From the NCBI GenBank assembly GCA_965218775.1, contig CBDCLS010000005.1, positions 702,498 through 766,497 on the forward strand: a stretch of DNA of 64,000 nt, read 5' to 3'. The notes beneath the pieces were generated by a model. It did not search any database. It had not been told where the DNA came from and was given only the letters and a program-made list of their open reading frames with translations. The stretch is from Acidobacteriota bacterium. Its GTDB lineage: Bacteria > Acidobacteriota > UBA6911 > RPQK01 > JAJDTT01. Below are positions 37,598 to 48,075 of this stretch, piece after piece (position 1 is the stretch's first letter; each line of letters starts with the position of its first letter). A program made the translations under genes and the position numbers.

Positions 37598-40318
37598 ATG
37601 TCCAAGGAAAAAACCACGCGAAGATTGCTAACGGTCTCTCTACTCTTGGTCCTTTTCACGATTTCGATCAATAGCCTCTCCGCTGCGACGGAAGTGTACT
37701 TTGCACAGGCTCTGCGGGGCAGTGCTAACAGCGGCACCAGCTGCATTCTGATCTGGAATCCCACTGACACCGCAGCAAGCGTTACTATCATGTTTACCAA
37801 CCAGGCAGGAACCGTCGATGAAACCCAGAGTTTCTCTGTGGCAGCACAGGCGACCCAGAAGCGAACCCTGGGGGGAGCGGGAGTTTCCCTGACGGTCGGC
37901 TCGGTCAAGGTCACGTCGGCAACAACAGGCATTCTAGCGACCCTCTTATTCAGCATCTCGGGCTTGCCAGAGGTCGGAGTGCTTTCGGTCCTGGGTAACT
38001 CATGGTGGAGCGGCGTGGGTCAAGTGGATGACGATGTCAACACGGGGTTGGCCGTGCGCGCTACTGGAGGTCCAGCTGTCTGCACCTTGACGGCATACAG
38101 GGCAAATGGCTCGCTGGCGGGCACAGCGCCGGTCGCGCTGGGTGCCGACGATCAGACGGCGATGTTCCTGGACGAGATGATCGATAACCTGCCGACTCCC
38201 TACCGAGGCTGCTTTAGCCTGCATTGTGAGGGTAGTGTCGCCGCCGTGGCCCTCAGACAACGAAGAAGCGACGGCTTCTTTACTACGATCGCCATGGGTA
38301 ACTCAGAGGGTGAGAACGAAGCAGTCTACGCCCAAGCCGTACGAGGCAGCGCAGCCAGTGGGACGAGTCGTATCCTGGTCTGGAATCCGGGTGGTAGCCC
38401 AGCCAGCGTTACCGTCAGGTTCAGGAACCAGGGGGGCACCGGCCTGGAAAGCCAGACAACCAGCGTGCCGCCCAAGGCAACCGAGGAGATCGTCCTGGGA
38501 GGACCAGGAGTGCCACTGACAGTAGGCTCGGTGAGTGTAACGTCCGCAGCCGGAATCCTTTCAACCCTGCTCTTCAACCTCAGCGGTTTGCCGACCGTAG
38601 GAGTCCTACCGAACACTGGAGACGGATGGTGGAGCGGGGTCGGCCAGGTGGACGACGACGTGAACACGGGTGTCGCCGCACGTAACACCGGATCCCCGAC
38701 TACGTGCAAGCTGACAGCTTACCGGGCAAACGGCACCATGGCCGGCATGAAAGACCTCGACTTCGGTACCAACGAACAGATTGCCATGTTCCTGGACGAG
38801 CTCATTCCTGGACTGTCAACTCCGTATCGCGGGTGTTTCAGCCTGCACTGTGAGGACGGCACTGTGGCTGCGGTGGCCCTGAGACAGCAGCGAAGCGACG
38901 GCATTTTTACTACCATCGCCATGTCTCCCATTCCAGGCGATGGAAACGGTGGGCCGGGAACCGGGGACGGCACCGATTTGTTGCGTAGAAGAGTAGACCC
39001 TCTGAGTATGACGACCAACCAGACCCGGAACGTGGTGCTACCTCTGGGCAGCAGGATTACTGGTACCGTCCAAACCTCAGGCGGCCCTCTATTTCTGCGA
39101 ACCGGTGGCACAAATCCCACCACCCAGTTCGTCAGCTTAGTCGAGGCAGAATGCAACAAAGAAGTCTATCCCGGAGTCACTACTGCCCCCTTTGGTTCCG
39201 AGTTTATCGTGGTCACTCCGACGGGAGTTTCCTGCAATCTGACGGTTTCCTATACCGAGACGAGTTTCGCGCTGAGCCGGGAAGCCTCTCCTCAAACTGG
39301 AACCGTCCCAGCGGCGCTTCTTTTGAGGTTCAGAGATCCTACGTCAGTCCAGTCTCCTGGGACACGAAACGTCTCGCTCCCCAGTACAGCCACTGGGACA
39401 GCGTCTGGGACAGTCAACGTAGACAACGTCCCGGCGGCCCTGTCGTCATTCTCGAAGAGCCTGCTCTTTACCACAGGAGATGGCCGCGTACTGGTCTTTG
39501 CTGGGCTGGACGGGTTGGGTCCTTTGAGCGGAGCACAACCTCAAGGAGGACAGTTAGTACCGTACAGTGTCGATCTACCGATAAACGAAACCTACAACGT
39601 CGGGCTCCTCTTCGCCCCTTCTGGCCGCAGTCTATCCACGCTGAGTGAGGCTGTGCTGCAGGGGGGTAGCTCCGGGTTCCAGGTGACGAGCTTCTTCATC
39701 GGGACCTTGAACATGGGGAGCGGCAACCAGACAACCAACTTCACGGCACCCCGGGTAGTCAAGGTTTCGGGGACTGTGACGCAGGCCCAGACGTCCCCAA
39801 AGGAAGGCTTCGTCGCCTTTTTCGATACCAGGAGCAGCATCCTGAGCGCCACACCTCAATCCGGTTTCCTGGGAAGCGTTTCGTCCATTTCGTCCTCGGG
39901 AGCATACGACCCCTATGTCATCCAAGGTCAGTCTTACGACGCCTTTGCCTCGCTCACCTTGGACGAGAATTGCACTTGGAACACGCCTAATCCGTTCGTG
40001 GCGGGGAGCCAAACGTTCAACGTGGACACGACGCTGAACTTCGCTTTTCCAAACTTTCCTCCCGAAACGACTCTTTCCGGACAGGTCACCGATCCAGGCG
40101 GAGCCGGGGTACCCGACGTGGACGTGAGTGTGGTCTGCTCGGGCTCAACCGGTGCTCCCAACACCCAACTAATCAAGGATGGCCAAACGAACGCCCAGGG
40201 TAACTACACAATCTCGGGAATCTTCAGTTCGGGCGACTGCAGCGCAACCTACACGCCCCTGCCCCCAGATGCGCCGGGAGGAGGCTTTCCCATTCCTGTT
40301 GAAGGAGAGGAAGAATAG
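37598..40318 (+). CDS. Large secreted/surface protein with two ~210-aa tandem N-terminal repeats and a C-terminal carboxypeptidase-regulatory-like Ig domain
   Basis: SD GGAGG; signal peptide; repeats begin near 37691 and 38321; LSGQVTDPGGAGVPDVDV...TNAQGNYTI. Confidence 0.75.
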   Translation: MSKEKTTRRLLTVSLLLVLFTISINSLSAATEVYFAQALRGSANSGTSCILIWNPTDTAASVTIMFTNQAGTVDETQSFSVAAQATQKRTLGGAGVSLTVGSVKVTSATTGILATLLFSISGLPEVGVLSVLGNSWWSGVGQVDDDVNTGLAVRATGGPAVCTLTAYRANGSLAGTAPVALGADDQTAMFLDEMIDNLPTPYRGCFSLHCEGSVAAVALRQRRSDGFFTTIAMGNSEGENEAVYAQAVRGSAASGTSRILVWNPGGSPASVTVRFRNQGGTGLESQTTSVPPKATEEIVLGGPGVPLTVGSVSVTSAAGILSTLLFNLSGLPTVGVLPNTGDGWWSGVGQVDDDVNTGVAARNTGSPTTCKLTAYRANGTMAGMKDLDFGTNEQIAMFLDELIPGLSTPYRGCFSLHCEDGTVAAVALRQQRSDGIFTTIAMSPIPGDGNGGPGTGDGTDLLRRRVDPLSMTTNQTRNVVLPLGSRITGTVQTSGGPLFLRTGGTNPTTQFVSLVEAECNKEVYPGVTTAPFGSEFIVVTPTGVSCNLTVSYTETSFALSREASPQTGTVPAALLLRFRDPTSVQSPGTRNVSLPSTATGTASGTVNVDNVPAALSSFSKSLLFTTGDGRVLVFAGLDGLGPLSGAQPQGGQLVPYSVDLPINETYNVGLLFAPSGRSLSTLSEAVLQGGSSGFQVTSFFIGTLNMGSGNQTTNFTAPRVVKVSGTVTQAQTSPKEGFVAFFDTRSSILSATPQSGFLGSVSSISSSGAYDPYVIQGQSYDAFASLTLDENCTWNTPNPFVAGSQTFNVDTTLNFAFPNFPPETTLSGQVTDPGGAGVPDVDVSVVCSGSTGAPNTQLIKDGQTNAQGNYTISGIFSSGDCSATYTPLPPDAPGGGFPIPVEGEEE

Positions 40319-40419
40319 TAAACGTTCGGCGAGCACCTCGAGGGCCGCGGACCAATCAGGAATGGCTGGAGCTGGGCCAACAGTATGTCCTGCGCCATCC
40401 TCATCGGACCGCGCCCCTC

Positions 40420-41709
40420 GTGCCCGAGAGAGGCGACGGCATCTACATCTGGGATGTCGAGGGCAAGAGGTATATCGATTTCCAGTCCGGCCAGCTCTGC
40501 GTGACCCTGGGCCACTCGCACCCGAAATACGTCGAGGCGCTTAGTCAACAGGCACGGAAGATCGTCCAAACCGGCACCCTCTTCATTGCCCCCTCCGAGG
40601 TGCTGTTAGCCCAAAAAATCGCAGAACTGACTCCGGATCCACTGCAAAAATCCTTCTTTGCCTGCACTGGATCAGAGTCCAACGAGCTGGCTCTTCGTCT
40701 AGTCAGGAAATACACCGGTCGCTTCGAAGTGATCGCAGTGATGCGCGGCTATCACGGCCAGACCGCCGGCAGCGCATCGATTACCGGCAGAGGCGGCATG
40801 CTACGTGAAGGCTACGGGCCCCTGCCCACTGGGACCGGATTCATTCCCACTCCTTATCCCTACCGCTGCCAGTACTGCCGGAATGAAAGTAGCTGCAATC
40901 TAGGATGCGCCGAGTCAGCGGAGACACTCATCGACACTGCGACCTCGGGAAAACCGGCCGCCCTGTTCTTCGAACCCTTGATGAGCGCCGCCGGGCAGAT
41001 CGTCCCGCCGGTCGAGTGGATGCAGGAAATGGCACGCATCTGTCGAGAACGCGGCATCCTGATGGTGGCGGATGAAGCCCTTACCGGATTTGGCCGCACC
41101 GGCAAATGGTTCGCCTTTGAACACTTCGGAATCGTTCCCGACGTGCTGACCTGCTCCAAGGGCCTGGGCGGCGGTGTCCCACTGTGTGCGGTGACCACGA
41201 GCGCAGAAATCGCCGACGAAGCGGTGAACAAAGGCTTTAGCCAATTCTCCTCACATTCCGGAGATCCCCTGCTGTGTGCTACCGGACTGGCCAACATCGA
41301 GATCGTCGAGCAGGAAAACCTGGTCGAGAACGCCCGTGTCGTCGGGAACTACATGAAGGTAAAGCTGGAAGCAATGCAGCAGCGATTTGAGATCGTGGGA
41401 GAGGCCAGAGGGCTCGGTCTCTGTCTTGGACTGGAGTTCGTTACCGACAAAGAGAGCCGCACCCCGAACTTTGAGGGTACATCGGTGGTTGCAAACTACT
41501 GCCTGGACCACGGCCTGTGGCTGCCCATCGCCATTCCAATGCACTCTCCTGATCGTCTGGAGCGACGCTTCATGGAGATGTCGGGAGCCCAGGTGCTGCG
41601 CTTCATGCCACCCATTACGGTGACTACCGAGCAGGTGGATGAAGCCCTGGAAATCCTGGAAGGCGGTATCCAATTTGCGGAGGAGACAACCGCTGCAAGC
41701 ACTCCCTGA
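40420..41709 (+). CDS. Class III PLP-dependent aminotransferase
   Basis: ERGDGIYIWDVEGKRYIDF, GSESNE, DEALTGFGRTG, SKGLGGG; true start unclear. Confidence 0.9.
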   Translation: MPERGDGIYIWDVEGKRYIDFQSGQLCVTLGHSHPKYVEALSQQARKIVQTGTLFIAPSEVLLAQKIAELTPDPLQKSFFACTGSESNELALRLVRKYTGRFEVIAVMRGYHGQTAGSASITGRGGMLREGYGPLPTGTGFIPTPYPYRCQYCRNESSCNLGCAESAETLIDTATSGKPAALFFEPLMSAAGQIVPPVEWMQEMARICRERGILMVADEALTGFGRTGKWFAFEHFGIVPDVLTCSKGLGGGVPLCAVTTSAEIADEAVNKGFSQFSSHSGDPLLCATGLANIEIVEQENLVENARVVGNYMKVKLEAMQQRFEIVGEARGLGLCLGLEFVTDKESRTPNFEGTSVVANYCLDHGLWLPIAIPMHSPDRLERRFMEMSGAQVLRFMPPITVTTEQVDEALEILEGGIQFAEETTAASTP

Positions 41710-41714
41710 GTAGA

Positions 41715-42719
41715 CTACTCAACGGGAGTCAGAGAACAGGTCCCCTTCCGGGCAATACTCACACCGGCAGCCGCTGCATCGCAGGCGTTGGAGTAGGTCA
41801 CGCCATCACAGCCGCAGACCGGATTGAATTCTTCGGTACACACCTCGGGTCGGTTTCTGCACTTCCCTTCGCCTGTACACCTGCCCGGCGGTCGGAGACA
41901 GAATGCGGCATTCCCACAATCACTGTTCTCGACGCATCTTCCCGGCTCGGATCCCGATCGTCCCATCCGAACCGCAGTAGTACTTCGCTCACAGATGCGC
42001 TGCTGAATCAGAGCGCCACCCGGATCGACGGTTTCTTCGATCGTTCCGCCTGCGCTGGTTAGAACAAGGGTCTGCCGATCGAGGCTGATCTGGCCCACGT
42101 CGGTAAAGTGAAGGAGAGACGGAAGATGACCGACTTCGCAGGTAAAATCCACGACCAGGCGCCCGCCTGGCCCCACCTCATAGAACATTTCACATTTCAG
42201 GGTGCGAGGAAACTCGGGCCCTGGCAAGGGGCCTCCAGTAGGCCCCCCCGGTTCCGGTGAATTTTCATTGCCCGGCTCTTCACCTGTTGGATCCTCCGGA
42301 TTCGGAAAGAGCTGCAGCGAGGAGTCCCGGAAACTCGCGATTCCGGTACCGTCTCCATGAAACTGAAGGGTCCCGTGTAGGCTACCCATCTGGCTGACGA
42401 AGCGGCCAACGGGCTTCAAGGTCTTGGGTTCAAAGGTGGGAGGACCATCGGGATCCAGGAAGGGAGTTGCCCTGCAGGACTGAAAAGTGGTCGACCCAAA
42501 GCGGCCCGCCACGAGTCGGTCAGGGCTTGTCCCGGCCTCCAAAAAATCCTGCCTCCCAGCAAACACTAGAAGCAGGACACACGCGGCAGACAGGATGCGG
42601 GCAACCGGGATACATCTTCCCTGGCTAAATGACCTGGGATAGCGCTTAAACACGGAACCCAGGTTGCGTCTGGAAACAGCTGAACCTGCTGCATCTCGGT
42701 TCCGACTCCTGATCTTCAT
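41715..42719 (-). CDS. Secreted protein with C-terminal Cys-rich and Kazal-type domain
   Basis: CTEEFNPVCGCDGVTYSNAC...KGTC at ~41736-41840; N-terminal hydrophobic segment. Confidence 0.75.
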   Translation of the reverse strand: MKIRSRNRDAAGSAVSRRNLGSVFKRYPRSFSQGRCIPVARILSAACVLLLVFAGRQDFLEAGTSPDRLVAGRFGSTTFQSCRATPFLDPDGPPTFEPKTLKPVGRFVSQMGSLHGTLQFHGDGTGIASFRDSSLQLFPNPEDPTGEEPGNENSPEPGGPTGGPLPGPEFPRTLKCEMFYEVGPGGRLVVDFTCEVGHLPSLLHFTDVGQISLDRQTLVLTSAGGTIEETVDPGGALIQQRICERSTTAVRMGRSGSEPGRCVENSDCGNAAFCLRPPGRCTGEGKCRNRPEVCTEEFNPVCGCDGVTYSNACDAAAAGVSIARKGTCSLTPVE

Positions 42720-42948
42720 TGTGCCCTCGTCCATTTTGAGAAGTCCTCCGATATCTGTCCCCCCCGACCTCCCACTCTTTTACCACGGCGAAGTGCCTAA
42801 CCTAAAGCATCAAGAGCCTGTTTCGATGACTAAGGTTGAGTGGACAGGGAGAAGAGCACAAGAAGAGAACCAAGATATCGCTTACAATCAGACAAGGCCG
42901 CCCCTAACGATCCGGGGACGAGCATTTTCCAGGGGAACGCGCAGGACA

Positions 42949-44484
42949 GTGCACGACGACCACAGCCTCTCACAGAGATATCTAGAGAAGATCCTCAAGG
43001 CTCGGGTCTATGACGTGGCGATTGAAACACCGCTGGAACCAGCGAAAAATCTATCGAAGCGGCTTGGTAACCTGGTGTTACTAAAACGCGAGGATCTGCA
43101 GCCTGTCTTCTCTTTCAAGCTGAGAGGCGCCTATAACAAGCTCTCACAGCTGCCCCCCGATCTCTTGAAGAAGGGCGTCGCCTGCAGTTCCGCTGGCAAC
43201 CACGCACAAGGGGTCGCCCTCGCCAGCAAGAAGCTGGGCTGCGAGGCCTGGATCGTCATGCCGGAGACGACACCATCCATCAAAGTAAGGTCCGTGCGGG
43301 ATCTGGGTGCCCAGGTGGTTATTCACGGTGAAGGCTACGATGAGGCCTATTCACACGCTCGATTGCTGGCAGAGGAACGCGGCCTGACTTTTGTTCATCC
43401 TTTTGATGACCCTGACGTTATCGCCGGCCAAGGCACCATTGCCATGGAGATCGTCCGCCAGCATGCTGGTCCGATCGACGCGGTCTTCGTTCCCGTCGGT
43501 GGCGGCGGCCTCATCTCAGGGATAGCCGTGTTTCTCAAGGCCCTGTTCCCCACTACAAAAGTGATCGGAGTCCAACCGCAGGACTCGCCGGCCATGTCGG
43601 AGGCACTCAAGGCCGGCAACCCGGTCACGCTCGACCATGTCGGAATCTTTGCAGACGGAGTCGCCGTCCGCAGGGTAGGAGATGAGACCTTTCGCCTATG
43701 TCGAGACTTCGTCGACGAGATCGTGCTCGTTTCTACCGACGAGATCTGTGCTGCCATCAGGGATATCTTTGAAGACACACGCTCTGTGATGGAACCTGCG
43801 GGAGCACTGGCCGTTGCCGGACTCAAGCGCTATCTTGCCGGCAATGCGGAAAGGGAGAAGACTCTGATTTCGATCAACTGCGGCGCAAACGTCAACTTCG
43901 ACCGCCTGCGGCATATCGCTGAGCGGGCCGCTATTGGTGAGAACCGTGAAGCCCTGATCGCCGTTGAGATACCGGAGCGCCCGGGAAGTTTCCGTGCCTT
44001 TTGCAGCGCTCTCGGCCGCAGGAACGTGACCGAGTTCAACTATCGACTGGGAGATCCTCGGCAAGCCAAGATCTTTGTCGGCGTCGAGTTGCAACAAGGC
44101 CTGGACGAGAAAATCAAGCTCATCCAGGAGCTTCGCAGTCAGGGCTATCCAGTTACCGATATGAGCGACAACGAGGTGGCCAAACTCCACCTTCGCCACA
44201 TGGTCGGAGGTTCCTCTCCCCAAAGCGTCGTAGACGAGCGACTCTATCGCTTTGAGTTTCCTGAGCGGCCCGGCGCACTAATGGACTTCCTGATGGCTAT
44301 CGGTGATCAGTGGAATATAAGTCTGTTTCACTATCGAAATCATGGGTCGGACTACGGCCGGGTCCTGGCAGGAATCCAGATTCCGAAGCTGGAGCTCGAC
44401 CGCTTTCATCGGCATACACGTGATCTCGGCTACCCGTTTACCGAAGAGACGGAAAATCAGGCATATCAACTCTTTTTGCGGTAG
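42949..44484 (+). CDS. ilvA: Threonine ammonia-lyase, biosynthetic
   Basis: KREDLQPVFSFKLRGAYNK, SAGNHAQG, VGGGGL, two C-terminal regulatory domains. Confidence 0.96.
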   Translation: MHDDHSLSQRYLEKILKARVYDVAIETPLEPAKNLSKRLGNLVLLKREDLQPVFSFKLRGAYNKLSQLPPDLLKKGVACSSAGNHAQGVALASKKLGCEAWIVMPETTPSIKVRSVRDLGAQVVIHGEGYDEAYSHARLLAEERGLTFVHPFDDPDVIAGQGTIAMEIVRQHAGPIDAVFVPVGGGGLISGIAVFLKALFPTTKVIGVQPQDSPAMSEALKAGNPVTLDHVGIFADGVAVRRVGDETFRLCRDFVDEIVLVSTDEICAAIRDIFEDTRSVMEPAGALAVAGLKRYLAGNAEREKTLISINCGANVNFDRLRHIAERAAIGENREALIAVEIPERPGSFRAFCSALGRRNVTEFNYRLGDPRQAKIFVGVELQQGLDEKIKLIQELRSQGYPVTDMSDNEVAKLHLRHMVGGSSPQSVVDERLYRFEFPERPGALMDFLMAIGDQWNISLFHYRNHGSDYGRVLAGIQIPKLELDRFHRHTRDLGYPFTEETENQAYQLFLR

Positions 44485-44492
44485 GAATTCAT

Positions 44493-45494
44493 ATGAGTAC
44501 GCAAGACCCAACTGGGATGTGGCGACGTTGTTCACAAATGGCTCAGATTATTTTCTTCTGTCTGCTTCAGCTATCAGCGACACCGCCAGAGGTCGGGGTT
44601 CAGCGGGTGGGAGACAAGCTCGACATTGAACTCGATTCACGGCCCTTCACCAGTTTTCACTTCGGCTCAAATTGGCCCAAACCCTTCCTGCATCCTCTTC
44701 GGAGTCCATCCGGTGTGGTCGTGACCCGGGGCTTCCCGGTAGAGGAGATCGCCGGTGAGAGCCACGATCATCGGTGGCACCGTGGACTCTTTTTTGGTCA
44801 TGGCGATATACAAGGGATCGATTTCTGGCGCGAGATCGGTCCTGAGAAAACGCGATTTCCGCTCCCGATTGGGACCATCGTCCTGCGAACCGTTGGCCCT
44901 GTCCAGAAGCTGGAAGATGCCGCCGTCGTGACTGCAATCTTTGACCTGCAGGCCCCCGGACCACGCCGACTGGGCAGTCTCCGCCAACGCTATCGCTTCC
45001 ATAGGCTGGGAAAACACAATGCGATTGATGCCAGGATGACCCTCACTGCGGACGCCGGCCAGTCTCTAAGAATGGGAGATACGGAAGAAGGAACCTTTGC
45101 GATTCGGGTAGCTCCGGGACTTCGCCAGGATCAAGGAGCGATACTGAGAAATCGGCAAGGCCTGGTCGGGACCGAGAACATCTGGGGTAAAGCCTCCAGC
45201 TGGGTGGACTACTCCGGTCGGGTTGGGGGAAAGATGGTGGGCATTGCGATATTTGACCATCCCTCCAATCCCAAGCACCCCACCCACTGGCATGCTCGTG
45301 GCTACGGCCTGTTCTCGGCCAATCCCTTCGGGGAACACGATTTTTACAAAGATCCTTCAAGGGATGGCAGCCTGACCATCGAAGACGGCAAGACTCTGAC
45401 ACTTCGCTACCGGGTTGTCGTGCACGAGGGAGACGGGGCCAGCATTGACCTGGAATCACTTTACCGGAGCTACGGTGCCGAAGAGCCGGATTGA
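44493..45494 (+). CDS. PmoA-like/DUF6807-type secreted protein
   Basis: KPFLHPLRSPSG..VTR, DHRWHRGLFF, WVDYSG, FDHPSN..HPTHWHARGYGL. Confidence 0.7.
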   Translation: MSTQDPTGMWRRCSQMAQIIFFCLLQLSATPPEVGVQRVGDKLDIELDSRPFTSFHFGSNWPKPFLHPLRSPSGVVVTRGFPVEEIAGESHDHRWHRGLFFGHGDIQGIDFWREIGPEKTRFPLPIGTIVLRTVGPVQKLEDAAVVTAIFDLQAPGPRRLGSLRQRYRFHRLGKHNAIDARMTLTADAGQSLRMGDTEEGTFAIRVAPGLRQDQGAILRNRQGLVGTENIWGKASSWVDYSGRVGGKMVGIAIFDHPSNPKHPTHWHARGYGLFSANPFGEHDFYKDPSRDGSLTIEDGKTLTLRYRVVVHEGDGASIDLESLYRSYGAEEPD

Positions 45495-46042
45495 TCGGCG
45501 CCTCCGCTGACGAATTCCTGCCTCAGAATGCGGTACAAGACCATCTCTGCTTCCGCACGAGGAAGACCCAGCTCCCGTCCCCTCAACCGGCGCTGAAACT
45601 GCATCCCCAGTCTTTCCATCACTCGGTGGGAAGGCTTGTTCTCCGGATGGGCGATTGCTATCACCCGGTCGAGGTGCAACTCATCAAAAGCGAAGGTCAC
45701 AGCACGTCTGCCGGCCTCTGTGGCGAAACCCTGCCCCCATTGCCCCCTCGCGAGCCACCAGCCGACCTCTACGTCCCCGGTGGTACCCAGGTACTGAATT
45801 CCACAATGTCCTAACAACCGTCCGTCGGCCTTGGACTCCAAAGGACCGACGCAGAAACCGTCCTTTGTCACATTTTCGCGCTGACGACCTACGAATTCCT
45901 CAACTTGCGTCTGAGTCCAGACAATTCCCTCGCCGATGTAGCGCATTACTTCAGGATCACTGGCGATTTCGAGAAACGGCGCGAGATCACTGTCGGACCA
46001 TTCCCGGATGATCAGCCGCTCGGTCTCAATTCGGAAAGACAT
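45470..46042 (-). CDS. GNAT acetyltransferase (RimJ/RimL-like)
   Basis: IETERLIIREW, EVGWWL...WGQGFATEA, NKPSHRVMERLG. Confidence 0.9.
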   Translation of the reverse strand: MSFRIETERLIIREWSDSDLAPFLEIASDPEVMRYIGEGIVWTQTQVEEFVGRQRENVTKDGFCVGPLESKADGRLLGHCGIQYLGTTGDVEVGWWLARGQWGQGFATEAGRRAVTFAFDELHLDRVIAIAHPENKPSHRVMERLGMQFQRRLRGRELGLPRAEAEMVLYRILRQEFVSGGADQSGSSAP

Positions 46043-46070
46043 ATGTTAGGTGGATTGAGCAATCTTATGA

Positions 46071-47549
46071 TTAGCTTGACTGAAAATAAGAAACGATCAC
46101 CCGGACGCCGAGACCCACCATGACAGTGCCCGCCACGACCGTGGCCAGTTTCAACTTCCAACTCATGCGCAGTGGCGCCGGAAGCCGAACACGGTCCGCC
46201 CAGAGCATGGCAAAGCACCAGATGCCGGAGGCGGCGGCCCCTCCACTGATGACGCTGGTGAAGGTGAGGCGTCCGAGTACGTTGCCGGCAATCTCCCGGG
46301 GAAGCCAAACAAGAGCCAAGCCTCCCAGAAAGCAGTAGAAAATGACGATCGTGCGCAGGTTCCGAAGACTTCGCGAGGCTGCCAGTCGTGGGAAGATACT
46401 CCTCACCCCCTCGGCGACTACCCGATAGTAGACCTCGAAGGCCCCATAAAGGGTTCCGATAAAAGCCAGGAAGGCCCCGATCCGGTAGAGCCATTTCAGT
46501 TGCGGGTGCAGCGCCGTCAAGAAAGCCTCCTGGACAGTGAGAAATTCACTGCCATCGGGGATCGCCCGGTTCGGATTCAGAACCAGCGCACCGAGCGCAG
46601 CAAACATCAGGGTCACCAGAATGACAAAGGTGAATGAGATGGTGGTGTCCAGCAGTGGAGCCCGGATCCAGGTGCGGGCGCGTTCAACCTCCGCAGAGGT
46701 ATCTCCAGTAGCTTTCTCCAACTCCTCCCGACTGGCAACACTCCTACCCGCCAAACCCCATCCCTTTTCCCGAAGAAAACCGATGTAGCCCACATAGTCC
46801 TGGGACCCTCCACCGACCGCGCCGAGATAGAGTGTCACTTCCAGCCAGGGGCTCCGCCCTGTGAAGGTTTCGGCGTAGTTCTGGAACACCCAGCTTGGGT
46901 AGTCGGAGACACTCGGAATCATGAGGCCAGAGATCAGGGCTGGGATGTCAGGACCAAGCACCAGCAAAGCGCTCGCAATACAGAACACCATGATCCCCAG
47001 GATCACTGTGGAGATACGCTCCACGAGCTCGTAGGTCGAGACCCAGGCGAGTATGAGACAAAATGTGAGCACCACCGTCGCCCAGACATTGATCCAGTAC
47101 TCCAGATGATTCCAGGGCCCCACGTCCGGACCTGAGATGGCTCCCCCCAACAATCGATGAATGAAGGTAGCCAGGATCTCCGGGAGGGCTGAGAATCCGA
47201 CCAGCATCAGAAACACAGCTGGCAGCACGATCAAGAGAGGAAACCAGAGAGGCGGTCCGGGCATAGACCGCCAGGTCACCAGGGGATGCTCACCCGTCAA
47301 GACGATGTGTCGGGCAGCCGTGTAGACCTGAATTCCCTTGAAAATCCCTGCGTAGAGAAAACACCAGAGCATGCTGTAGCCGAAGATGGCTCCACTGCGG
47401 GAGGCGAAGACGAGCTCGCCACTGGCGATCGTGACCGACGCGATGATGATGCCTGGGCCCAGATAGGTCAGGAGCGAGGAGGGTGTCGGTTTGGCCAGCG
47501 AAGCCGGTGGGGACGGATACACCTGAGAATCGGTGGTGGGACTGTTCAC
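46071..47549 (-). CDS. Nramp-like/APC-fold membrane transporter
   Basis: LGPGIIIASVTIASGELV...GAIFGYSMLW; ~11 hydrophobic segments. Confidence 0.75.
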   Translation of the reverse strand: MNSPTTDSQVYPSPPASLAKPTPSSLLTYLGPGIIIASVTIASGELVFASRSGAIFGYSMLWCFLYAGIFKGIQVYTAARHIVLTGEHPLVTWRSMPGPPLWFPLLIVLPAVFLMLVGFSALPEILATFIHRLLGGAISGPDVGPWNHLEYWINVWATVVLTFCLILAWVSTYELVERISTVILGIMVFCIASALLVLGPDIPALISGLMIPSVSDYPSWVFQNYAETFTGRSPWLEVTLYLGAVGGGSQDYVGYIGFLREKGWGLAGRSVASREELEKATGDTSAEVERARTWIRAPLLDTTISFTFVILVTLMFAALGALVLNPNRAIPDGSEFLTVQEAFLTALHPQLKWLYRIGAFLAFIGTLYGAFEVYYRVVAEGVRSIFPRLAASRSLRNLRTIVIFYCFLGGLALVWLPREIAGNVLGRLTFTSVISGGAAASGIWCFAMLWADRVRLPAPLRMSWKLKLATVVAGTVMVGLGVRVIVSYFQSS

Positions 47550-47595
47550 GCCGGCACGGCCCCTTTCAGTGCAGGAAAAGCGACGTCCGAAACTC

Positions 47596-48018
47596 TCAAG
47601 AGGACCGACCCGGGGATCTGCCCTGAACGCGGGATCTGTGGCGATGGATTTGAGGCGGTTTTCCTTCCAGGTAGGTCGTTCCTTGAAACGGGTCCTTAAC
47701 CGGGAAGAAGGCCATGATCCGTGCGACTCCAGGCCCCGGATTGGTGAAGGAGTGTGGCATGAGGGCGGGGATGATCACAGTCTGCTCGGGCCCGGCCCGA
47801 TGGACCTCCGATCCCAGCCGGAACTCCAGAGTCCCCTCCAGGACCACGATCAGCTCTTCCGCGTCATGAAAATGCAGCGGGGCTCCTACGCCTACGCCAA
47901 CCAGACTCCACGACAGCGTGCTGGCCGTGGTCCCGTCCCCCTCACGGGTGATATCCCAACTGTGGTAGTCAGGCCTCCAGGGTTTCTCGTACAGGTTACG
48001 ATGGTCGATGACAGGCAT
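47596..48018 (-). CDS. Cupin-domain protein
   Basis: PLHFHDAEE..VVLEG...IPALMPHSFTN. Confidence 0.88.
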   Translation of the reverse strand: MPVIDHRNLYEKPWRPDYHSWDITREGDGTTASTLSWSLVGVGVGAPLHFHDAEELIVVLEGTLEFRLGSEVHRAGPEQTVIIPALMPHSFTNPGPGVARIMAFFPVKDPFQGTTYLEGKPPQIHRHRSRVQGRSPGRSS

Positions 48019-48075
48019 GGGTGCCTCCTCAGAAGTGTGGCATTGTAGCCGAGTCGAGCCCCAAAAGAGAACTGG

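Noticed and set aside
42664-42948. N-terminal extension of ilvA; likewise 50344-50583 for PhyH and 51725-51904 for protein A
   Set aside because: Family homology and SD positions point to the downstream starts.
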